This document shows, in pieces, positions 12,362 through 25,673 of a stretch of 64,000 nt of DNA. Origin of the DNA: Squalus acanthias (Eukaryota); NCBI GenBank assembly GCA_030390025.1, contig CM059432.1, positions 104,162,001-104,226,000 of the forward strand, written 5' to 3'. Below the pieces are notes generated by a model that was not told the origin of the DNA, did no database searches, and saw nothing but the letters and a program-made list of their open reading frames with translations. The position numbers were made by a program, and so were the translations under genes. Positions within the stretch are counted from its first letter, which is position 1; each line of letters opens with the position of its first letter.

Positions 12362-12544
12362 TGTCGTAAGAATGAGCCTTACGCGTGGTAAACTTAATGT
12401 AAGCTTTAATCAACTTAAAACGGTGCTGCATACAAAAGAGGTCTTACCCTATGCCTCTTCCAGAGCTAACTGATCAGTCCAGTATTTATCCTGGACTGAT
12501 TACAGGAAGTGATGTCATACAGGAAGCTGAAAAGTGTTACCACA
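12362..12544 (-). repeat. Gypsy 5' LTR (183 bp)
   Basis: Identical by eye to 8125-8307; TG/CA ends. Confidence 0.95.
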
Positions 12545-15500
12545 GGCTACTTGCATGAAAAACACCAAAAAGCAGCAGACTACAGATAGTTAAATGGTCC
12601 TACAACCAATGGACGAAAGCACAACTCTACAGTTCTACCACATCCAATCGAGAATGGAAGTGGACAATCAGGCAATTAATGGGAGAAGGCTCCATGAACA
12701 TCCCTATCCTCAACCATGGCAGAGCCCAACATACGAATGCAAGAGGCAAGGCTAAAGTGTTGGCAAGTCTTCACCCAAAAGTGATCTGATTCAGGTCCCC
12801 TGCCAAGGTCCTCACCATCATAGATGCCAGTGTCCATCTGATTCAGTTCACTCCATGTGACATTAAGAAGTGGCCGAGTACATTCGACACAGCAAAGGCT
12901 ATGGATCCTGACAACATCCCAGCTCTAGTTCTGAAGTCCTGTGCACCAGAACTAGCTGCTCCCCAGCCAAGCTGTTCCAATACAGCTATGAAGCGAGCAA
13001 CTACCCAACATTGTGGAAGATTACTCAGATATGCCCCATTCACAAAAACAGGATAAAGTGAACCCAGTCAATTACAACCCTCACCGCCTCCTCCCAATAT
13101 TCAGCAGAGTGATGGAAGGAGTCATCAACAGTGTCAACAAGTGCCAACTACTCGCCAATAAAGAGCTCACCAATGCTCAGTTCAGGTTCTGCCAAAACCA
13201 TTCAGCTACAAACATGTAAACAAGAGATGAATGCCAGGGGAGATTGGAGAGTAGGCAACATTCGACTCAGTATTGCACCAAGGAGCCTTAGCAAAATGAA
13301 GGTCAACAGGGTTTAATGGGAAGAGCCACCAGTGGCTGCAGTCATACCTGACACAATGATGATTGTGGTTTTAGAGGCCAATCCTCACAGCCCCGGGACA
13401 TCACTGCACGAATTCATCAGTAAAGTATCCTTGACCAAACCATATTCCGCTGATTTTCCCTCCATATGAGGTCAACAGTGGGGTTTGTTCACTAACTATT
13501 CCACTCCAGCTCCATTCACAACCCTCCATAATGAAGCAGACCATGCCAGCCTACAATGGACTTGGACAACATCCAGGCTTCAACTGACAAGTGGCAGGTA
13601 ACAGTCATGCCACATAAATAGCAATTTCCTGGGGCTGCGAGGACTGGCTTCCAACAATCATCTTCAGCTACTGTAAGGTTCTCCCACTGACCACTGTTTT
13701 GCTCAGGCTCCTTAGTGCCATACAGTTAAACAAGAGAAAGCGCAACCACCTCCCCAACCTTCAACAGCACAACCACTACCGAGTCCCCCGCCATCAACAT
13801 CTTGCAAGGTCACCAATGACCAGAAGCTTAATGGGAACAGCCATATCACCACTGAGGCAGAGGCTAGGTACTCCTGAGCCTCTCAAAGTCTCTCCGCCAT
13901 CTACAAGGCTCGTCAGAAGTGTGACAGAATACTCCCCATTCGCCAGGATGGGTGTTTCTACAATACCATCCACACCATTCAGGACAGAGCAGCTTGTTAG
14001 ATCAGCACCCCTGCTATTGGAAAGTATCCGATCCCTCCATCAGCAAGTATACCATGGCTGCAGTATATAATCTACAGGATGAACTGCAAGAGCTTACCCA
14101 AGCTACTTCAGTAGCACATCACTTCCCTGTGACCTTACACCGAGAAGGAAGAGAGTAGCAATATCACGGAAACACCATCACCTCCAGGTTTCCCTCCAAG
14201 CCACACGCTATCCTGACTTGGAACATACACACCATTCCTTCACCATCATCGCTCATCAGTATCCTGGAAGGCCTGACCCAACACCATTGTGAAAGCACCA
14301 TCACCACAGGGACTGCAGTAGCTCAAGGAAAAGGCCCACCATCACCTTCTCAAGGCAAGAGTAAATGTAGCCATGGCCAGCATAGCCTACATCCCGGTAA
14401 CAATTACAACAAAAAATGCAATCATGACACCTAATAAAACCCTGGTGCTCTTGGCTAATCTATATTTTTGTTAGTTTGGTCCCTTAATCAACCTCTTGGT
14501 GTCAAACTGAATTTTTTTCTTTGATATATGTAATTATATTTAAGTATATTTTTGTATTTCTGGTTAATACAATAGTACATAAAATTATTTTAGAATTACA
14601 AAACAATTATAATCAAGGAATTGCTAACCTAAATACTTTTCCTCCATTACTGCATAAGTGAGCTTTCACAGCATCTTGTTTACTGAGCCGCATTTCAATT
14701 TTTAGAAAACATTCAGTGGAACCAATTTGCCTGCTGATAAATAATCCTTTTTGTACAGGTTGGTCTGCTTCAGAAACTCTACCAGACATTTTGGATTTTA
14801 AGTATTAAGTGCAGCAGATGGTCATGCACCCTTGATTTTACATAGCATATGCATAAAAAGGTAGGGCCATTGCAATTTTAAGTTCCAATCAAAGAACACC
14901 ACAGCTTTAACAAAAAAAAAATCAATAGAAGGTGACCAGTTACAGTGAATCCCAACATTAAATTGTAGTACAGAATTTCTCATCAGTTGAAAAGGGACTC
15001 AAATACATGCAGATTATTGCACAACTGATTTTTTTCAACTGTGCTTCTAAAGCATATTTTGCTCTTGCTCCTTATAATACCTGATTAAATTTAGGTTTTG
15101 ATGTAATTAAAAAGTGGAGAGGTTAAACAGGACAAAATTGTAAAAAATGAAATGAGTATGTGGGTTGGCAGAAAAAGGAACAACATCCAAACCTAAAGGA
15201 ATCCAAATTAAATATATGTATATTAATACACAGATTACAAAGAACAACATTAGGGAACTCGAGTCGTTGATTAAAATAGTTGAAAATCACCTGCAGCTGG
15301 GTCATGATTGCTAATTAAATATTCTTGGATGTAAAAATTTCAGAAGGGATAGGAAAGGATGTGGAGAACAGTTAGTTATGTTTAGAGACAAAATCAAAGT
15401 ACAGAGTTGAATAAAGTAGTCCAAACAGAATCCCTCTGGTTTGAGCAAAGGAACAGCAAGGGATCAATTGAGCTACTGGGAGTATATTACAGATCGCCCA

Positions 15501-15569
15501 CCGTGGAAGGAAATTGAAAGAGAAATTTGCAGATCAATTAGAGATGCATGTATTAACAATAAATACTTG

Positions 15570-15727
15570 TAGGCCCATACCCACAAGGAACTTAATTGAG
15601 ACTTCACATTTAACGCTCATTACCAGTAGACAGCAGAGATTTTCATCTAACTTATTTGGGGAGGACTTCAATCTAGAGCCCAGAGGTGAAAGGCTAGTGT
15701 CTAACCCACTGCACAATCCAGTTCCCT
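15570..15727 (-). mobile_element. LF-SINE-like tRNA-derived SINE, 5' part
   Basis: Minus strand reads GGGAACTGGATTGTGCAGTGGGTTAGACACTAGCCTTTCACCTCTGGG, resembling the LF-SINE head as I recall it. Confidence 0.55.
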
Positions 15728-15984
15728 CCGGGAAATATTTAAGCAGAATGGAAAGGGTGCAGAGCAAGAAAACTGCAGTGTGGACAAAAAGGGAGTGCAT
15801 CAAAGCCTGGGACTCCACGAATGAATAGAGAGATTAGATCAAAATTGAAAGTAGAAGAAGCTCATACAGGACAAAACTTAAAAAAGTCAGGACAAATATA
15901 AACACAAGAAAGCTAGAAAATGGAAATCAGAAAAGCTAAGAGAGTATGACAGAGAACTAGCAAAAAACAAATGACAATAAAAGA

Positions 15985-17110
15985 CTTAACAAAATTGAGG
16001 CTCATGGAATAGATGGGTCAGTGGCAGCTTGGATAAGGAATTGGCTTAAGGACAGAAAACAGTGAGTTATGATAAATGGCTGTTTTTCAGACTGGAGGAT
16101 GGTAGACAGTGGTGTTCCCCAAGGGTCAGTGCTGGGGCCACTGCTTTTTTTGATGTATAAATAAATGACCTGGATATTGGAATACAAAGTAGAATTTCTA
16201 AATTTGCCGATGACACCAAACTTGGGGGTGTGGCAAACAGTGAGGATGACACCAATTGACTGCAACAGGACATAGAAAGGCTAGCAGAATGGCAGACAAG
16301 TGGCAGATGGAATTTAATAAAAGTGTGAGGTGATGCATTTTGGCAGAAGGAACAGGGAAAGGCAATATACTCTTAAATGGCACAGTTTTAAAGAGTGTGA
16401 AGGGACAGCTTGACCTGGGAGTTAATGTGCATAGGTCCCTGAAGGTGGCAGGGCATATTGAGAGAGTGGTTAGCAAAGCATGTGGTATCTTGAGCTTCAT
16501 AAATAGAGGTATTGAGTACAAAAGTAGAGAAATTATGCTGAACCTTTATAAAGCGCTGGTTAGGCCACAACTGGAGTATTGCGTCCAGTTCTGGTCACCA
16601 CACTTTAGGAAGGATGTGAAGGCACTGGAGAGGGTGCAGAGGAGATTTACCAGAATGATTCCGGGGATGGGGGATCTTAGCTACAAGGACAGGTTGGAGA
16701 AGCTGGATTTGTTTTCAGAAGAGCAAAGGAGGTTGAGGGGTGATTTGATAGAGGTGTACAAGATTATGACAGGTTTGGATAGGCTAGACAGGGAAAGGCT
16801 GTTCCCACTAGTTGATGGTACAAGGACTAGGGGACACAGATTTAAGGTTTTGGGCAAGAGATACGGGGGGGGATGTGAGGGAAAACTTTTTTAGGCAGCG
16901 AGTGATGAGGACCTGGAACTCGCTGCCGACTGAAGTGGTGGAAGTGGAGACCTTGTTTTCAAGGGGAGACTGGATAGGCACTTGAGGGAAATAAACTTGC
17001 AGGGCTACAGGGATAGAGCAGGGGAATGGGACTGACTGGGTTGCTCTACAGAGAGCCGGCACGGACTCGATGGGCCGAATGGCCTCCTTCTGTGCCGTAT
17101 GACTCTCTAT
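15985..17110 (+). mobile_element. CR1 LINE, RT C-terminal half and 3' tail, frameshifted; older endonuclease remnant at about 15330-15530
   Basis: SGVPQGSVLGPLLF, KFADDTKLGG, LYKALVRPQLEYCVQFWSP, RRLRGDLIEVYKI. Confidence 0.9.
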
Positions 17111-18929
17111 ATGCACCTTAGTAATAAGAGTCAGGATAGGGTCAGGGTCACCAATAAATTAAAGAGGCATGGTTGTAGGAGAGTAAGGGAATGGCAGAGT
17201 TACTAACAGTACAGAAAATGCTTGAAACACAGGTCAGTCATCATTTGTGGAAATAGACAAGTCAACGTTTTAGGCCGAGCCAGACCTGAAAAACGAAAGA
17301 TGAACAACCATTTTAATAAAATCAGATAAAGGGAAATTAAAAAGAGGAAGTATGGGTGGAATGATTGTTCGATGTAAAAAAAATCAGTAAGAAAATGAAA
17401 ATAAATATTGAAGAAACAAAGGATTATGAATACCTAAGGTAATTCAATATTACAAGTTTTTTTTGAAATTCACAGAAAGCTGGCTTTCAAATGATTTTAT
17501 CCTGTCGAATAAAATACTTTTGAAAATTTGTGATTCTACAATGTTAACACCAAAAGCAATTTTCTCCAAAACAGTTTAGTCCTTCCTTGAAATACTATAC
17601 TGGTTGCATAGTGGTACAATTTTTCCAGTTTCACGATATATTACACCCCAATATTTAATCAGTACATTTTAAAACCATAGCAGAATCTAAAATATAACTG
17701 CAAATGAAGTATAACTGTAACTGAAATAAAGAAACAAGATGCCAATCCACATAAGAAAACTGCACAATGAACAGGAAATTACTGTTACAAACACTCCCCT
17801 TTTGATGAGCTACTTTTGGATAACAGATATAAAATCTTTCTGGTGAAAGATTTAGTTGGAATTTTTTTTTTTATCTTGCTTGTTTATGATTTTGTATTTA
17901 TCTATATTAAAGCACTTCACACACCAAAACCATGCTAATTCATGATACAAGTTAAAACATATTGCTTAAGCAAAGCACTGCATATGTTATGTAATAGCAT
18001 ACTGGATATATATTTTACCACTTTTTAAATAATTTAAAGAGCAGTGAATACACAAAGTAATTTATACCTCTACCACAGCCCCCAAGCTCAAAACACTTTT
18101 TGCTCCTGGTCACAGATTGCCAACCTTCCATGTTGCAGCAACTAGTGCATCTGTGCAAACATTAATGCGTCAAAAGTGCTACTTACTGCAAGACTGTGAA
18201 GGTTAGCCAATGCATTGGCAATTAGTACAGTTATATGAATGTATAAAATACAAACTTAACAGAGTTGTCACTGAGATTAAAACATAATGAAAGGAGTTAC
18301 CATCTGGTTGGAGGTGTCAGTTAGCTTTGTATGTCACTGCCCAATGACGTATACAAGCTCGTTTTTAAAATGGCAACATTAGTACTTTCCGGGTACTTGC
18401 ACCGTGGGCAAAATGGTAGCAGAGTATGTCCACATAAGCAAAGATCCACCTTTGTAATATGCATTTAGTCCATAAGCATTCTACAAGAATTTAGTACATT
18501 TTCTAGTGGGACAGCATAACATGACAAGATGTGAAGACAAGTGCTTTAGATTTCAATTAAGTTAGGAACCAAATATAGGCTCTGAAAAAAGCATAATTTC
18601 TAAGTAAATCCTTCACACATCTAGTTACAAGCATCATAGCAACTGTTTCCCAATTACTGCATGATCAAAGTGGAGCAAAAAGACCACAACCTTATTGCCA
18701 ATATTTTACTTAAAGCATTTTAAAAACAGAAAATTACATTATCCAACAGCAGACAACTCAAGAGGATGAAAAGGAAGATAATTATCCTATATAACTGTTT
18801 TACATTGGAGCTATACACATTTCCAGCTCTTTTAAAATCAAATTTTAAAAAAGTATATATATCCTGGATATATATGGAACACAGGAACATATCCTATGTA
18901 CAACTTGCTAGCCATTCATCAACGATCTG

Positions 18930-20522
18930 GCTGGACCACATTAAGCACTATTGGGCCTCTTTCTCCTCTGCCAAAACCGTTCACTACTCCAAGATTATCC
19001 TGGAAAGTAAATACAATGGCTTCTTTTCTCCGCTACCAACTGCCTCATTAAACCCCTCTCCCCTACCGGTTTCATCCTCACTGCCAAAAACTAGTGCAAT
19101 GACCTCATAGATTTTTTGGTCACTAACATTGATATCATCTGTTCAGCTGCCTTTGCCGCATCCTCCCGTTCGCGCTTGCTCACCAAGCCAAACCTCCCCT
19201 CCCCCACCCACCCCAGTCCTGAACCGTCATCTCTCTCTCTCGATTCTCTTCCACATCCCCCATGCTCTTTGAGTTCATCTTGTCCATGAGATACACCTGA
19301 TGCTCCCTCGCCCCCAATCAAATTAAACTGATCAACCAACTTCCATTCCAGGCCACTCTTTCTGGCTGACATTGTGAATGGTTTCCTCTCCTCAAGCACA
19401 ATTTCCACCCATCCCCTCCATCAAAACCACCATCTCAAAAATCTTTGACCCCCCATGTCCATACAAACTACTTGAATCCCAACATCCCTTTACTTTCCAA
19501 AGTCCTTCAATGTGTTATTGTCCATCGGATCCAGGGCCATCTCTCCTGCAACTCCCTATTTAAACCCCTCCAACCAGGCTTTTGTCCTTTCCATAGCATC
19601 AAAACAATCTTCTTAACCAAAAATCATGGATGACATTCGCTGTGACTGTGGTGCATTATCCCTACTCGTCCTCTCTGCAGCCTTTGACATGATCAACCAC
19701 ATCATCCTTTTCCAGCACCTCTCCCCAGCTGTCCAGGATGGTGCAAATGCCCACATTTGGTTTTACTCTTATCTATCTGATCGCAAGACTATCTTCAGCA
19801 ATGACTTCTCTTCCCGCCCCTACAGCTCAACTTCAAGATGTATCCTTGGATTCTTCCTCATTGATAGGCTCTTTACATCAGAAACCACAGACGTGGAGTC
19901 AGTTTCCACATGAACACTGATGTCACTAAGCTCTACCTTTCCACCACATCTCGCAACCCCTCCATTATCTCCATACCATCAAGTTCCTGATCAGACATCT
20001 AGTCTCGGATGAGAAATAATTTCCTCCAGCTAAACGATAGGCAGATCAAACCAATTATCTTCAGCTGCCACTGTTAACTCTGTACCCTCGCTACTGACCC
20101 CATCCCTCTACCTGGTCGTATTCTTGGGCTGAACCTCAACAACCTTTTCAATCTCAAGCTGCTGCCACCTCTACCAGCCCATCTGCCACTGAAAGCTTCA
20201 TCGATGCTTTTGTCACCTTCAAACTGAACTATTCAAATGCTCTTCTGGTCTGCCTCCCATCCACTGCTCGCGATAAATTTCATCTGATGTAAAACTCTGC
20301 TGCCCTTATCCCATCAAACCCCACTCACCAAACACCCCTGTCCTTGCTAATCTACACTGGCTCATGGTCCACCAATACCTCAAACTTAAATTCACCGTAA
20401 AGCCCTCTGCCTCTTAACATCTCGCTCCTCCTTTAAAGGCCCTATGAAACTTTTACTTGTACTTCTGTGCAGCAGCTTGGGACTTTTCTCTACATTAAAG
20501 ACACTATATAATTGTACGTTGT
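18930..20522 (+). mobile_element. Decayed L2 LINE
   Basis: LQPGF, LSAAFDMINH, WFYSYLSDR, LHWL motifs; 3' end TACATTAAAGACACTATATAA like other L2 copies in the window. Confidence 0.75.
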
Positions 20523-22004
20523 TAATAATTCAGAGGACTATTTTACCTACACTGAGGTGTGAAACACTTCAGCTGAAATTCTTCTAAATGAACAGCCTCC
20601 ATTCCACATTTATTTTTTTCCCCGTCCCTACCTGTGTGCTTTTTACATGTCATTTTTAACTTCCTATGTTTAAACTCCTAAATTTACTTCCTCATAGCTA
20701 CACTTAGCAGTTTCACAAATCTCAAAAATGAACAGCAGTTAAAGCACACTGCCCACCTACTACAGTGCATCAGGCCAGACTGCTTTGAATGTACAACTAC
20801 CACGCTGCTGAATGAGGAGGCAAGGAAAGTATTTTTTTAAATTGAGAAACCAAGATGACTGACCAAGGCCCATGGTGCTGAACATAGTGAACGTTGAACA
20901 AAGTGGAGAGGATGAGGTAAATCAGAAGTTCTGATTGCATTTTAAAAGACAAACTAGTAAGGGGAAGAAAAGACAAGGGGTTCCACAGCTTTGATGTCCT
21001 AAGAAAGAATGGATTAAGAGCGAGAGACTAAGAAAGAACAATAAGGATGCAAGATAAAGGAAAAATACGTAGAAAAAAAAACGAAAAACAAAAAAGGCTG
21101 TAATCGAAAGATAGAAACTAAAGGCTAGATGCAAGAGATAGATTATCTATCAGATGACAAGGTTTTTTTGTGTTCTGACCAGGGTGTGACTGAGGTTTTG
21201 AAACACCTTGGATATGGGACCAGAATTCACATCTTGAAGCAAATTTGGGCTTTAAGATTTGTAGAGGTGAAAGTATTTAATGAGAGTTCTACTTGAGGTT
21301 AGACATAGCATTATCAAGAATATACACAGATGAAGAACCACGGGTGAGCCAAAGGTAAGAGGTGGGAGCTGTCAGATCGCCTTGCATGAAAAAACTGTTT
21401 TTAAAGAATGAAAAGAAACAAGGAGGTCATTGCCTAATCAGTTATGCAAAACAAAGTTGTTCACGAGCAATACAATCATGACCACTGAAAACTGGTCTCC
21501 AAATGTCAAATAATCTAGATAAAGTTTCCTCAAGAAATCTGTTTAACCCATTCATTTGTGGTTAGCTTCAACAGCAAAAAAGTTAATTTAATGGAAACTT
21601 AGAAAAAGACTGTTAGAAATGTTTGCACAAAACAGTTACAATTCAATATGCCAAATGGAAAATTATTGGATTATAATAAAAGGAACTTGAGGTTAACCTT
21701 ACCTTTCCAACAAGATTTTATTTAACAGCATATGCAAGCTCTGCACAAGAGGATCTTTCAGCCCACACACAATCTAAGTTGAAGGGCCATTTATTGTGCA
21801 AAATCACAATGTTAACTCCACTTAGAAGAATTCCTGATCAATAAATATTTACATTAAACTATTCCCAAATGAAATATTAAAACCACTCAGTTGTATTACA
21901 CTTTCTGAAAACTGCAAACATTACCAATTTTTTAGCTCAAATTGCGTGCCAAGTATCCTGCTGCTAAATAGCTGCATCACCTCCACACTTTGCAAATAAG
22001 TACC

Positions 22005-22325
22005 AGCTTGGTTCATTAGCAACACTCTCGCGGTTGCGGGTTCAAGCTCCACGCCAAGAACTGAACTGAAATTTCTGTGCAGTACTAATGGGTTGCTGCA
22101 TTGTCAGAGTGCCATTTTTGAATGAGACATTAAACCGTTCAGGTGGATGTAAAAGTATTCAAACAACTTCCGGTGTCCTGGCCAACATCTATCCCTTACC
22201 AAAACCACCAAAAAAGATTAACTGGTTATTTATCCCACTGTTGTTTGTGAGATCTTGCTGTATGCAAATCGACACTCTGGGATGTCCTGAGATAAATGTA
22301 TAATAATGCAATTCCTTCTTTCTTA
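22005..22325 (+). mobile_element. Degenerate DeuSINE (SacSINE1-like)
   Basis: Colinear blocks with 37385-37840 (GAGACATTAAACCG, GGTGGATGTAAAAG, GGTGTCCTGGCCAACAT). Confidence 0.7.
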
Positions 22326-23683
22326 CAACTTATTAAAATACAATAATGGGATTTTATTTTGAAGGTAAACTTCTCTTCTTTCTTCAGCATCACCCCCACC
22401 CAAGGGAATAGGCAACCTACTCCAAAGCCTCTATTGTGTAGCTCTGCAGCAGGGTGCTAGAAGGAACACAAGAGGGGCCTCAAAAAGGCTTGCTGCTCAT
22501 TTTTTCTTCCTTCTATGCGAAAGTTGCTGGCTGTACAGATGAAATCAGCAGTTCAATGTGCATTGGACCACAGATGAAAACTTGTGTTCTATGACTGATG
22601 CGTGGGACTTAGTTGCTCCATTGCTTTGTGCTACTGTGCCACAAGAAAAAACAATTTATAAACACAAGCCACTTAACTGTGCCCTGTAAACTTTGCTACT
22701 TATTCTCATTAACATTAAATCGTGTTAAACAAAACAAGTATGGCAAGATAATGCAACTGATACTCTCAAATTCATCATCTTGGCTGACTTTGATTTCAGA
22801 TAAATGTGTCAGAAGTAATTGAGGCTATGGGCCCATGATTTAGCTGTTTTAAGTGCCAATTCAAAACTAAACACAAAATGGTGGCACAACGGATTCTTGA
22901 TTGCTGAAAAGCTGAAAAGGTTTTAATGAAGTAAAGATTCAATAAAGTATATTGTAGCACTGATTAGACAGTAATTACTGTGACTACTGAACTGAATCAA
23001 TTAACTAATTCACTACCAAAGAGGACATTGTCATGCAGTGATTTCAACTGAAATTTGTTGTTCCAAGTTGCAATGGTATTGTTGGATGTAGAAAGTGAAT
23101 TAATCATGCTGTTGGAATTGATAAGTGAAATAAATTCAATGCTAATATCACCTTCATTTGTACTGCGAGTATTCACAGTTCCCAAAAAAATTTGTGCGTG
23201 TATTCGTGGACTTGTGTGTACATGCGGCATGTGTTGGTGGGAGGCAGAAATGGATAGAGAATGAATTACTTAACCAGTGAATTCACAATGAGAGAGAAAA
23301 GGCTTGAATAACTTGAAATTATTCAAAGCCCAATTTTCAATTCTGAAAATTACTAATGAGCTTTTAGTTTCCAATTAGCAATCAGCCAGTAGCAGCCCTA
23401 TGCAACTGAACATGACGACTGCTTAAACAGTGCCATCAAGTGGCACAAGCACATGGCTCAGTGATAATAAAAGTACAAGTACAGTATGCTACAATTCAGA
23501 AAAGGTTTGCCTCTGCATTGACTGGAAGCCTATAGTGTGCTATAAAACAGTTAACTTCAAGCTGGCATTTGAACACTAATTGTAGGACACCAACCAAGAT
23601 ATTCACAAACACAGAGCTCTGCAATAATGTAGCAGCTTAAAATAGAATTTAAATTTTCAAAGAAGGCACCAGCCACAACATAC

Positions 23684-23840
23684 CTTCATCAAAGTCAGCA
23701 TCCTCCTCTGTATGCTGAGGGAAGGGGAAACAGTTGGTAATTTCAAGGCGGTCATCTACCACAAGTCCCAGAAGAACTCCTTGGACCACTTCATTGCCTT
23801 GACCCTCCTCCTGGAAATGTTTGATGATCTTCAGCACAAC
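23684..23840 (-). CDS. EIF3H: EIF3H coding exon 2 (157 nt, start of MPN domain); later exons lie outside the window to the left
   Basis: [55 protein letters not shown] acceptor at 23841-23843 and GTATGT donor at 23683; joins in frame with exon 1. Confidence 0.96.
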
Positions 23841-25279
23841 CTACAGTACAAACATGGTGACATGCCAGTGAAAATTCAACATCCAAGCATTCTGAATCTA
23901 ATATATAGATATATACATACATGTAAATAACTGCACACACTCAAGAGGGAAAGGCAGGGAAATTATATCAGCGGGGGCAATGGTGAGGACCAGCAAACTC
24001 TCTCAGGAGGGGTGGGTTGAACTAAGTTCCTCTTCCCTTCTGCATGGTTGCTTTTACTTCTCTGTAGGAGAAGTTTGCTGTTAACTCTTGCTTCCCTCTG
24101 GAGGTTGCAATTTCTTGCTCAGGTTACCGGGATGGAATGGGGGGATGGGCTATGTTTCTATATGTAGACTTGGCTGTTCAGCTCAACCCAGGATGCAAAA
24201 CTCAATGAAGACTCTTCACCGTCAGATTACAGCGTCAACTCCTGCTTTTCAACCGAACAGTACCTCAGATATTGGACATGGGAAAAGCCCATCAGTGCTT
24301 CCTACAGTCATAACTGGTACTGCATCCAAATTGTGACATTTTAAAATGGATCTTGCCATAGACAGAGCCTGACAAAAAATTTCAATGCATTTTGGAACAT
24401 GATGTTGAGACCCACATACCATTTTTAATATTCCATAGATACATATGTTACCCGCATAAGCATATATTATAAATCTTGCATCAATGTGCACTTAATTTTA
24501 ATACATATGAAAAAAAAAAATCACACAAGCGTTTTTGTGTGAACTATATCCATTTTTATGATGCCCAGAGCACAAACATGCACATAGGCTTTTTGAAATG
24601 CTGTATTGCAGAAAATATGCATGCTATTGTTTGCAGCATCCCCACTCAATCAATAACTGCAACCATCGGTTTTATAGCTGTACAGAAAAGCATCCTTGGA
24701 ACTGATTTAGCACACCACTACCCCGCCAAAATTAATGTCCAGGCTGATTTTGTTGATGTACACCAACAGTTAATTACACTAATCGCAAGAAAATACAGCA
24801 TTAAAACAAAGAACAATGTATCACCTAGCAAATAATGGCCAGAAGCAATAGCATCAGGTTGTTAAATCGATAAAAATCATGATGGGTCAAGCACTACAGG
24901 TTGAAGCTATTGGAAGGGAAACAACCTTTTCAAACCAAGCTAGGCAGTTATGCGCAATTACATGGTTTCATGCTCAGGACTATTGATTTACTTGTCTGGA
25001 GGTTTTCTGAACATTTGTAATAGATTTAAGCATACGAGGGCAAACAGGAGGCTGATACTGTGCAATTATTCAAGATGAAATGTCTCAGCAATCACAGTGG
25101 ACATTTTATTACATTAAAGGTGCTACATAAATGCAAGTTGTTACTGCTGTAGGTGGCACGTCATTGTTTTGGAACAAGTTACTCCAAACAATTAGACGAA
25201 CTAACTATTCCACATTAGCAAACTGAAGCTCTATGATGTTATTACAAATTAACTGTTAAAGATTAAAACCAAAATTAGA

Positions 25280-25490
25280 GAGACTGGGGGTGCAGTGGGT
25301 TAGCATGTGCCTTGGGTTCAAATCCAACCCAAGCTAATGGACAAAGCTCTTCTCTCGGTCAGGATCCTATATTAAATTAATTATTCCTACGTGAACTTGT
25401 GTAGTATCAGCCCAGCTCTTAGTGAGCATAAGGCTACTACATGAAATGATACTAAATCAGGCATCTCAATGCAAGGCCAAAGATGGCAGG
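25280..25490 (+). mobile_element. LF-SINE-like tRNA-derived SINE, degenerate
   Basis: GAGACTGGGGGTGCAGTGGGTTAG head, B-box GGTTCAAATCC; similar to 15570-15727 and 28295-28632. Confidence 0.5.
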
Positions 25491-25673
25491 TGTGAAATTA
25501 AAAACCACATTTGGTACAGAAGGAAGGGAATGAATAAAGTTTTACGTTTCATCTTTTTGTGCTAAACTAATCTGGTAGTCATCAAAAATTAGACGGGCAC
25601 TCAATTTCCCAACACTGGCATTCTTCCTCTGCTTTAGCCAATTGGATGCCAGATTAACAACCTGTAAACCACC

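Larger units (their letters stand above)
8125..12544 (-). mobile_element. Full-length Ty3/Gypsy LTR retrotransposon (4420 bp)
   Basis: Two 183-bp TG...CA LTRs, GGCTA target duplication at 8120-8124 and 12545-12549, polypurine tract, single gag-pol ORF with PR-RT-RH-IN order. Confidence 0.97.
7410..14415 (+). mobile_element. Old decayed CR1-superfamily LINE (endonuclease plus RT remnants), split by the Gypsy insertion
   Basis: Remnants such as KAMDPDNIPALVLKSCAPELAAP and KQDKVNPVNYNP, NAQFRFCQNHSA; 3' end resembles that of the copy at 25674-26560; many stops and frameshifts. Confidence 0.75.

Noticed and set aside
1..23683. EIF3H exon 3 onward
   Set aside because: No [26 protein letters not shown]-like peptide found; intron 2 appears to run off the window
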